From contig CALBGR010000021.1 in assembly GCA_937892705.1 (NCBI GenBank), forward strand, positions 6,572 through 70,571: 64,000 bases of DNA. The letters run 5' to 3'. Positions within the stretch are counted from its first letter, which is position 1, and each line of letters begins with the position of its first letter. This stretch comes from an uncultured Candidatus Saccharibacteria bacterium. GTDB lineage: Bacteria; Patescibacteriota; Saccharimonadia; Saccharimonadales; UBA4665. This document shows positions 19,652-26,562 of this stretch, one piece after another. The position numbers and the translations under genes were made by a program. Below the pieces are notes generated by a model. That model was not told the origin of the DNA and did not search any database. It saw nothing but the letters and a program-made list of their open reading frames with translations.

Positions 19652-22053
19652 CCTCTGCTTAGCGCCTGTTCTATATCAGCACGAGTTATCCGCACTTCAC
19701 TACCAGGCTGCACCTGCTGGCTCAATACTTGGTTCGCCACAATATTTTCAACAGTGCGCTGAACGATGCGTCTCATCGGACGCGCACCCAAACGTGGATC
19801 ATACCCGACCTGTACCAAGAGTTGTTTTGCGTCATCATCCACTACCACACTGAGTTTTTGAGCAGCTAATGTTTTGTTAATGCCCTTTAAAATCAAATCA
19901 ATCACCTGCAGCAGTTCTGCTGGCTCCAACGGACGGAATAATACGATATCATCAAAACGGTTTAAGAATTCAGGACGAAACGTATTGCTGTTTATGAGCT
20001 CGTCGGTAAATTGCTGTTCAAAATCTTCAAGTTTTTCACCTGCTTCAATGTGTTGACGAATGCGATCTGCGCCAGCATTACTTGTCGCAATAATCACCGC
20101 ATCTCGAAACGATACTTCGCGGTTGTTAATGTCACGCAAAATACCTTCGTCTAAAACTTGCAACAGCGTATTCAGCACTTCTGGATGCGCCTTTTCAATT
20201 TCATCAAGCAAAACTACACTAAATGGCTGGCGAGCAATTTGCGCCGTTAAACTATGAGAATCTTGTGCGGGATCAGCAATGAGCCGTGCAACATCTTCAG
20301 ACCGAACATACTCATTCAAATCTAAGCGCACTAAATTATTCTCATCACCAAAAAATACCGCCGCAACACTTTTTGCCAGCTCTGTCTTACCCACACCTGT
20401 AGGACCTAAGAACAAGAACGTGCCAATCGGCCGATTTGTATTGCGCACCCCTGCTCGTGCACGACGCAGTGCATCACTTACTACCTGAACAGCGCGCGTT
20501 TGATTAATCATTCTTTCATGAATCAGCGCCTCAAGATTTAGTAACGTATTGCGCTCGGCTACAGTATCTGCTGCGCCAACCTTAACTCCCTGCGTTTGTT
20601 CAATTGCTTGTTCTATTGATCGGCGCGTAACAAGCGGCCCTTCACTAAAATTAGCCGCAGATTCCAAAAGCTTCAATGCCTTACCAGGCATGACTTGCTC
20701 TGTGATAAAACGCGAACTCAGCCTATAAGCTGCCTCGAGCGCTTGATAGGTATAGACAACCTTTTGCTGATGTTCAAAAAGTATAACCTGGTTTTGCATA
20801 ATATCCATAGTTTCAGCTTCATCTGTTGGTGGCACCACGATTCGATTCATACTCTGTACAAGCGCAGGATTATTTTGAGCAACTCGGGTCCAGCACTGTT
20901 CATCCATAGCCAGCACAATTCTTAATGCCCCGCCATCAAGGATTGGCATAAGTACATTGCTTAAATCAACCGAACCAGTGCCTTCTTCGAAAAACAAATG
21001 CGCATCATCAAAGAAAAGGATAATATTTTTTGCCCTAAGCGCCTCATAGCAAATTCGCTGCACTAACTCTTCCAGCTCACCTCGCCCTCTTGCATTTGCC
21101 ATAAGCGTAGAGGGATCCAAAGCGATAACCTGATGATAGTGTAATGATTTCGGTACCGCCGGATCGGCTTCAAGTAGCTGCTCAGCGAGCGCATATACAA
21201 GCTTGGTCTTTCCGCTGCCCAGTTGTCCAACCAGTGTTACATTGCGCCGACCAGCCTGCGCCAGTGTATTCGTAATGTGACTTACTAATTGAAGGCGGCT
21301 CGTACGCTCTCGCGCCAATGACCCGCCGTAAGCTACATGCTCACTAATGTTAAATCCCAGACGCTCCAAAAGCGGTATATACCCAAACGCCCAATCGCGA
21401 CCAATACCACCCTTTGGGCGACGCTGCTTATAAGCAGCGATCAAATCTTCTTCGTGCTTAAACCATGCAAGACCCTTTTCAATATCTTGTCGACCGACCC
21501 CTAAGTGAGCTAAGTAATCATCAATGCCTCTAATAGTCACTACTAAAGCAGTAACAAGCACAGCGGCATTGATTGTTTCAAAGCCATGAGCTCGTCTATA
21601 ATACTCAGCCTGCTGCCATATTATCGGCATTGCTTGCGTATCGGTACTTGCCATATCGTAAATAAAATCTTGACTAAGCAAGAACCGATTGCATATGAAA
21701 TTACAATCGGGAGTATTTTTTATAATGCCCATAAGCTCTTGGGGCGACGGATCACGCGACAAGCGAGCCAACACTACAGAATTCAATAACGCATCTATAG
21801 TATTAGTCTTACCCGGCGGTAAATGAGTAAGCGACTTACCCCACAAAGCCAAAGCCCAAATCGGACCAGCTAAACTCATTACCAGCCATCCAATACTGCT
21901 TTGCAACACAATAAGCAGCAACAGTCCTAAAACAACAAACAGCACTATAAATAAAGTAAACACAAAGTATACAGTCCGACCTCCTAGTACACGACCTAGT
22001 CGGGCCTGTTTAGCACGCCTGCTGCTGTAATTAAAAGTCATCTGATCATTCAT
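19648..22053 (-). CDS. membrane-anchored two-NBD Clp/Hsp100-like AAA+ ATPase
   Basis: N-terminal hydrophobic helices. NBD1 has GQLGSGKTK and Walker B IILFFDDAH (DD instead of DE). NBD2 has GPTGVGKTE and VVLLDEIEKAH. C-terminal ClpB_D2-small-like GARPMRR. The start ATG 22053 overlaps the upstream stop (ATGA). Confidence 0.85.
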   Translation of the reverse strand: MNDQMTFNYSSRRAKQARLGRVLGGRTVYFVFTLFIVLFVVLGLLLLIVLQSSIGWLVMSLAGPIWALALWGKSLTHLPPGKTNTIDALLNSVVLARLSRDPSPQELMGIIKNTPDCNFICNRFLLSQDFIYDMASTDTQAMPIIWQQAEYYRRAHGFETINAAVLVTALVVTIRGIDDYLAHLGVGRQDIEKGLAWFKHEEDLIAAYKQRRPKGGIGRDWAFGYIPLLERLGFNISEHVAYGGSLARERTSRLQLVSHITNTLAQAGRRNVTLVGQLGSGKTKLVYALAEQLLEADPAVPKSLHYHQVIALDPSTLMANARGRGELEELVQRICYEALRAKNIILFFDDAHLFFEEGTGSVDLSNVLMPILDGGALRIVLAMDEQCWTRVAQNNPALVQSMNRIVVPPTDEAETMDIMQNQVILFEHQQKVVYTYQALEAAYRLSSRFITEQVMPGKALKLLESAANFSEGPLVTRRSIEQAIEQTQGVKVGAADTVAERNTLLNLEALIHERMINQTRAVQVVSDALRRARAGVRNTNRPIGTFLFLGPTGVGKTELAKSVAAVFFGDENNLVRLDLNEYVRSEDVARLIADPAQDSHSLTAQIARQPFSVVLLDEIEKAHPEVLNTLLQVLDEGILRDINNREVSFRDAVIIATSNAGADRIRQHIEAGEKLEDFEQQFTDELINSNTFRPEFLNRFDDIVLFRPLEPAELLQVIDLILKGINKTLAAQKLSVVVDDDAKQLLVQVGYDPRLGARPMRRIVQRTVENIVANQVLSQQVQPGSEVRITRADIEQALSRG

Positions 22054-22424
22054 GCTAAAATCACCATCAATATTACTCCTACAATAGGCAATACGGGAAT
22101 AACGAGCCAAAAAACTGCCCATATGGTACCGATAGTGAGCACCAAAACCGCACCAACACACCCGCAAACTATCGTCATACTTCGCAAAACAGCACCAAAA
22201 ACCCGTGAAAATGTACGATCAAGCCGCGCCCGAATCTGAACGTTTAATGGCCCACGCACGCTACCTGCATCAATTTGGCGAAATGGTGCAAATAACGTTC
22301 GTGCCAACAAGCCTACCGAAAACGTTTCCAGTACTCGCAGCGTACGAAGCTGTACCTTATGCAAAACATCAAACCACGCCGTGGTATACCACCAAATCAG
22401 CATATCAACAACTATCATAAGCAC
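22050..22424 (-). CDS. small integral membrane protein, translationally coupled to the Clp-like ATPase
   Basis: 124 aa, hydrophobic N- and C-termini. ATGA stop/start overlap with the downstream gene. Confidence 0.55.
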   Translation of the reverse strand: MLMIVVDMLIWWYTTAWFDVLHKVQLRTLRVLETFSVGLLARTLFAPFRQIDAGSVRGPLNVQIRARLDRTFSRVFGAVLRSMTIVCGCVGAVLVLTIGTIWAVFWLVIPVLPIVGVILMVILA

Positions 22425-22452
22425 TATTATACATTTTTATATCTTCAGAATC

Positions 22453-23085
22453 TTACCCAAGTCTGTAAAGCACAATTGCTACCCACACTGGAACCGTAAT
22501 GTTATCAAGCCCTCGTACACTGAAGTTTTCGAGAAATGTCGCAATAAAGCTCGCACCAAGTATGATAGCCGCATGTATAGATGTATCTGTACCAATACTG
22601 TAACCCCAAAGAATTGCAACAGAAATGACAAAAAACGTTAGACTACCAACCACGCTTTTTACGTGTCCTAGTACTTTATATGAAGTCTTCTTACCATAGC
22701 GACTGCCTATCACCGCCGCCATACCGTCCGCCAGACTCATATGAAGCAGTGCTGCCATATACATCCAGCCATTCTGCGTAAGGACTGCGAGCAGTCCAAC
22801 GCTTATTGCAAAAAACACTTCTCCCATGGTAGGACGTTGTACGCTATGAATCGCCTGAAAAACATTTAAATATTTTGATATGCCTACCACTGCAACAAAT
22901 GCCGCACTCAGCAAAAGTATTTGATTCCAGCTAAGCAACAGCGGCCAAAACGCCACAAAACTACCTACTGTAATATGCACAAATTTGCGGCAAATTTCCG
23001 GCGGCAGTTTTTGACTACGGGACAAAAACTCTCCTACAATCAACAAACCAAACACTACAGCTACTACCAACCCAAACATCAACAT
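22453..23085 (-). CDS. polyprenol/dolichol-kinase-like membrane protein (CTP-dependent kinase / cytidylyltransferase superfamily)
   Basis: 210 aa, multi-TM, with RKFVHITVG and LADGMAAVIGSRYGK motifs. Confidence 0.6.
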   Translation of the reverse strand: MLMFGLVVAVVFGLLIVGEFLSRSQKLPPEICRKFVHITVGSFVAFWPLLLSWNQILLLSAAFVAVVGISKYLNVFQAIHSVQRPTMGEVFFAISVGLLAVLTQNGWMYMAALLHMSLADGMAAVIGSRYGKKTSYKVLGHVKSVVGSLTFFVISVAILWGYSIGTDTSIHAAIILGASFIATFLENFSVRGLDNITVPVWVAIVLYRLG

Positions 23086-23250
23086 ACCTGTATCCTGTCG
23101 TCTCTATAAATTGCTGCTTTCGTGTTTCCAATAGACCCCAAAGAATGGTGTATATACGTATTAATAAGACGTGCTATTTTCTGTAAAAAATTAATTATTT
23201 TTAAATCTATATGTTTCATAACAACTAGTCTCTATTGTAACGCCTTGTTA

Positions 23251-23288
23251 TAAAAAAAGAGAAGAGACCCGGGGGTAAGGGTCTCTTT
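23251..23288 (-). terminator. rho-independent terminator (minus strand)
   Basis: Stem AGAGACCC/GGGTCTCT. The minus strand continues TCTTTTTTTA. Confidence 0.75.
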
Positions 23289-23358
23289 GATGGGTTGCTT
23301 GTCGGGGTTGTTTTAAATTTTGGATGGGCTTTTTAGTGAAATAACGAGGGGTTATTCC

Positions 23359-23391
23359 TTATGATAAAAAGCCACATTTATCACTTGCCAT
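23359..23391 (-). CDS. 10-codon sORF (MASDKCGFLS) with strong SD; status uncertain
   Basis: GAGGAGG lies 7 nt upstream of the ATG. A TACAAT -10-like box is at 23427-23432. Two hairpins follow, the second an intrinsic terminator. Confidence 0.3.
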   Translation of the reverse strand: MASDKCGFLS

Positions 23392-23528
23392 ATACACACC
23401 TCCTCTCGTTACCAATTAGTGGTTACATTGTAGTAAGCATGTGGTGAAGGGACTGTGGAAAATCTTACAAACCTACTGAAACACGAAGTCGACAAGAGTG
23501 CTTCGTATGATCTATACAGCTCTTGTTA

Positions 23529-23542
23529 TTGATCTGAATCAC
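23529..23542 (+). promoter_or_regulatory. FNR/CRP-type inverted repeat TTGAT-N4-ATCAC upstream of the Crp/Fnr-family gene
   Basis: TTGATCTGAATCAC, 9/10 match to the TTGAT-N4-ATCAA consensus, about 75 nt upstream of ATG 23615. Confidence 0.5.
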
Positions 23543-23614
23543 AGAAATTGATGATATTTAATTTCGATTTAAGATTTGGTCCGTATGCTTATAGTTAGGA
23601 GGGGATGTGCACAA

Positions 23615-24313
23615 ATGAAAACTTCATCACTCGCCGCACTATTTCAAAACGGACGCAAACTTACCTACGAAAAAGACGAAATTATCATACGCGCTGAAGA
23701 CATACCTTCAGGCGTATATTACATTAATTCAGGCTGGGTAAAAGCATACACGCTAAGCAAAGATAAAGAACCAGCTATTGTCATGACGCTGTTTCCTGGT
23801 GATATTTTTCCATGTGCATGGGCACTCACCGGCATAGATCACGACCTACACTTCGCCGCATTAGACGAAACAGAAGTATCCCGTATCTCAACCAAACAAT
23901 TTAACACAGCCGTTAAAAATAATGCTCGTTTGTCTCGCGAATTGCTGCAAGTATTTGCAAATAACTTCTTCGCACTCACTAACGAGCTCACCAATATCCA
24001 ATACCACACTGCGAAAGAAAAAGTTATCTATCGCTTACTTTTCCTGGCTAAAAACTTCGGCAAAAAGGAGAACAATAAAATTGTTATACACAAACATATT
24101 CCGAATGAATACATTGCCCGCTCCACCAATATGACCAGAGAAACAACGAGCCGGGAAATGAGTCGTCTTACTCGAAAACGACTTATTAGACACACCGACG
24201 AGCAGATAATCATACCTGACATCAATGGACTTATTAAAGAAATTGAATACGATTCCAAAGGAGTAACTTCCCGGCCGCCTTTTACAAAGGTGCTCAGTGA
24301 TGCATTACAATAA
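23615..24313 (+). CDS. Crp/Fnr-family transcriptional regulator
   Basis: cNMP-binding-like beta-roll (GVYYINSGWVKAY) and a C-terminal HTH (ARSTNMTRETTSREMSRL). Start chosen after TAGGAGGGG. Confidence 0.85.
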   Translation: MKTSSLAALFQNGRKLTYEKDEIIIRAEDIPSGVYYINSGWVKAYTLSKDKEPAIVMTLFPGDIFPCAWALTGIDHDLHFAALDETEVSRISTKQFNTAVKNNARLSRELLQVFANNFFALTNELTNIQYHTAKEKVIYRLLFLAKNFGKKENNKIVIHKHIPNEYIARSTNMTRETTSREMSRLTRKRLIRHTDEQIIIPDINGLIKEIEYDSKGVTSRPPFTKVLSDALQ

Positions 24314-24334
24314 AGATAAAAGAAAGAGAATCTT

Positions 24335-25006
24335 ATGAAAGCACTATTAGTCGAAGACAACATCATGCTCGCACAGAGCATTAAAGACAACCTGCAACCG
24401 ACCTGGAACATTGAGATAGCAACGTCTGGTGAAGAAGGCGTAGAGTTGGCAAAAAACAAGACGTACGATGCAATCATTTTGGACCTAGGCCTACCTGGCA
24501 TGGATGGCCAAGATGTTTGTTTGGCGCTCCGCAAAACCAACATACATACTCCTATTCTCGTATTAAGCGGTGCTTCAGAAACCAACACAAAAGTTTCTCT
24601 CCTAAATAACGGGGCCGATGATTACCTGACAAAACCATTTAAGACCCTAGAACTCCAAGCGCGGCTCAACGCACTCGCCAGGCGCGGGGCACAAATAACA
24701 CAACCAAGTCCTATTCTTAAGGTTGACAATCTTATACTTGATCCTGAAAAGCGCATAGTAAAGCGAGGCAACAAGAAAATAGAATTGCGACGTAAAGAGT
24801 TTGACATCTTAGAGTATCTTATGCGGAATCAAGGCAAAGTAGTTAGTCGACCAATGATTATTAGTCATGTTTGGGACGCTCGACATGAGACCTGGAATAG
24901 TACAGTAGATGTTCACATAAAATACTTGCGTGATAAAGTCGACAAGCCGTTTAAGCGTAAACTTATTAAAACTGCACACGGGGTGGGCTATACTATTAGT
25001 AAATAG
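24335..25006 (+). CDS. OmpR/PhoB-family response regulator
   Basis: Receiver (LLVEDN ... ILDLGLPGMDG ... LTKPF) plus a winged-helix trans_reg_C domain (LRRKEFDILEYL ... IKTAHGVGYTI). Confidence 0.92.
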   Translation: MKALLVEDNIMLAQSIKDNLQPTWNIEIATSGEEGVELAKNKTYDAIILDLGLPGMDGQDVCLALRKTNIHTPILVLSGASETNTKVSLLNNGADDYLTKPFKTLELQARLNALARRGAQITQPSPILKVDNLILDPEKRIVKRGNKKIELRRKEFDILEYLMRNQGKVVSRPMIISHVWDARHETWNSTVDVHIKYLRDKVDKPFKRKLIKTAHGVGYTISK

Positions 25007-25035
25007 CCAGCGAAATTAAAAAGAAAGGAGCAATT

Positions 25036-25143
25036 ATGAACGAGCTCATTGCGCAAATCTTATCTGACAGCAGCATTCGCAGCAATGCCGTGCTAGAAGG
25101 TATTGCCATGCAGCAAGCTATAGCACAACCGTGGTGGAGCTAG
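25036..25143 (+). CDS. unannotated 35-aa peptide MNELIAQILSDSSIRSNAVLEGIAMQQAIAQPWWS (candidate signalling-peptide precursor)
   Basis: ATG 5 nt after AAAGGAG, sitting in the 180-nt gap between the regulator and kinase genes. Below the ORF-track length cutoff. Confidence 0.5.
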   Translation: MNELIAQILSDSSIRSNAVLEGIAMQQAIAQPWWS

Positions 25144-25149
25144 CATTTC

Positions 25150-25176
25150 GACCTAGGTACTATAGGTACCTAGGTC
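25150..25176 (+). promoter_or_regulatory. perfect 11-bp inverted repeat / hairpin between peptide ORF and kinase gene
   Basis: GACCTAGGTAC-TATAG-GTACCTAGGTC followed by TTTATAAGTT. Could be a partial terminator or an operator. Confidence 0.5.
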
Positions 25177-25186
25177 TTTATAAGTT

Positions 25187-26560
25187 ATGTTAAAAAAATT
25201 TTATTCCACATTTATTAAGCCTGTTTCGACTGACCCTGACCAAAGAAGTAGAGAGGTCGTACTAAATTGGCTCATTGCCGGCATGGGCTGTCTTTTTGCT
25301 ATTTTCTTTTTAACAAGTATTTTTGGATTTATTTTATACGGCAGAGCATACACCCTGTATTCACTATTCATAATAATCATTTTGCTCACAGCCACAGTGT
25401 TGTACGGATATAAATTTCGCAAAGATGAACGCATTCGTAAAATTGCAAGCAACTTAGTACTCCTGCTTTTGCTAGTTTCCGCCACGACTATTGTTTTACA
25501 ATGGGGCGTTACAAATATTTATGGAATTTTATTCTTTAGCCTAACAATCATTACAGCTGGTATACTGTTGGGTTCTAAATACGCTTTATACGTTGCCGGC
25601 GTTATTGCACTCCTGCTTGCAGCATTTAAATATGCCCATATTAACAATATCATTCAGCCGGATATGTCATGGGTGACAGAATCTACATCAATAGTGGAAG
25701 TAGTAAATCTCATCACTATATTTTTTATCATCGCACTTATTTCGTGGCTTTTTAACAAACAAATGGAACAGGCCCTAAAGCGCGCCCAGTTGTCAGAAGA
25801 AGCACTCAAAAAAGAACGGGACCTTCTTGAAGTAAAAGTTGAAGAACGTACTCGTGCTCTTCAAGAAGCTCAATTTGAAAAAATGCAGCAAATATATAAA
25901 TTCGCTGAACTAGGACACCTTAGCACAGCATTGTTTCATGATCTTGCCGGAAGTTTATCAAGTTTAAGTCTTGATATAGAATCGCTCCGCAAAAAAGGCA
26001 GCGGCGACTTAACAAAACGCATAGATAGCAACATCCAGTATATTGACGATGTTGTACAAAGAGTAAAGTCCCAAATCCAAGGCCGCGAAACCATAGAAAC
26101 ATTTGACATAGTTAGCACCCTGCAAGAAATTAAAAACATTTTATCTTACAATGCGCGAAAAGCACGTGTATATATTGAAATTGATGCCCCAAAAAATAAA
26201 TCTATCACCTATACAGGTAATTTACTGCGATTCCGCCAACTGATAATTAATCTAATTTCCAATGCTATCGAGGCATATCCGCCAGCAAAACCAAATGAAC
26301 CTACAAAAAATCGCCCTGTTATTATAAAACTTACTACCACTGCAGATAGTGTACTTATTCAAGTAACCGATTATGGATCGGGTATCCGAAAATCGGTACA
26401 AGAAAAAATATTTGACCCATTCTACAGCACAAAGCCCACTGGCTCGGGCATTGGACTGTTTATTGTCAAACAAATAACTGAAAAGGATTTCGGGGGCACT
26501 ATACGTCTAACCAGTAATGCAAAAACTGGTACAACCTTCAGCATATCCCTGCCAAAATAA
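25187..26560 (+). CDS. sensor histidine kinase with about 6 N-terminal transmembrane helices
   Basis: H-box LSTALFHDLAG, N-box LISNAIEA, G1 DYGSGI, G2 GSGIGL. A coiled-coil linker follows the membrane domain. Confidence 0.9.
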   Translation: MLKKFYSTFIKPVSTDPDQRSREVVLNWLIAGMGCLFAIFFLTSIFGFILYGRAYTLYSLFIIIILLTATVLYGYKFRKDERIRKIASNLVLLLLLVSATTIVLQWGVTNIYGILFFSLTIITAGILLGSKYALYVAGVIALLLAAFKYAHINNIIQPDMSWVTESTSIVEVVNLITIFFIIALISWLFNKQMEQALKRAQLSEEALKKERDLLEVKVEERTRALQEAQFEKMQQIYKFAELGHLSTALFHDLAGSLSSLSLDIESLRKKGSGDLTKRIDSNIQYIDDVVQRVKSQIQGRETIETFDIVSTLQEIKNILSYNARKARVYIEIDAPKNKSITYTGNLLRFRQLIINLISNAIEAYPPAKPNEPTKNRPVIIKLTTTADSVLIQVTDYGSGIRKSVQEKIFDPFYSTKPTGSGIGLFIVKQITEKDFGGTIRLTSNAKTGTTFSISLPK

Positions 26561-26562
26561 AC

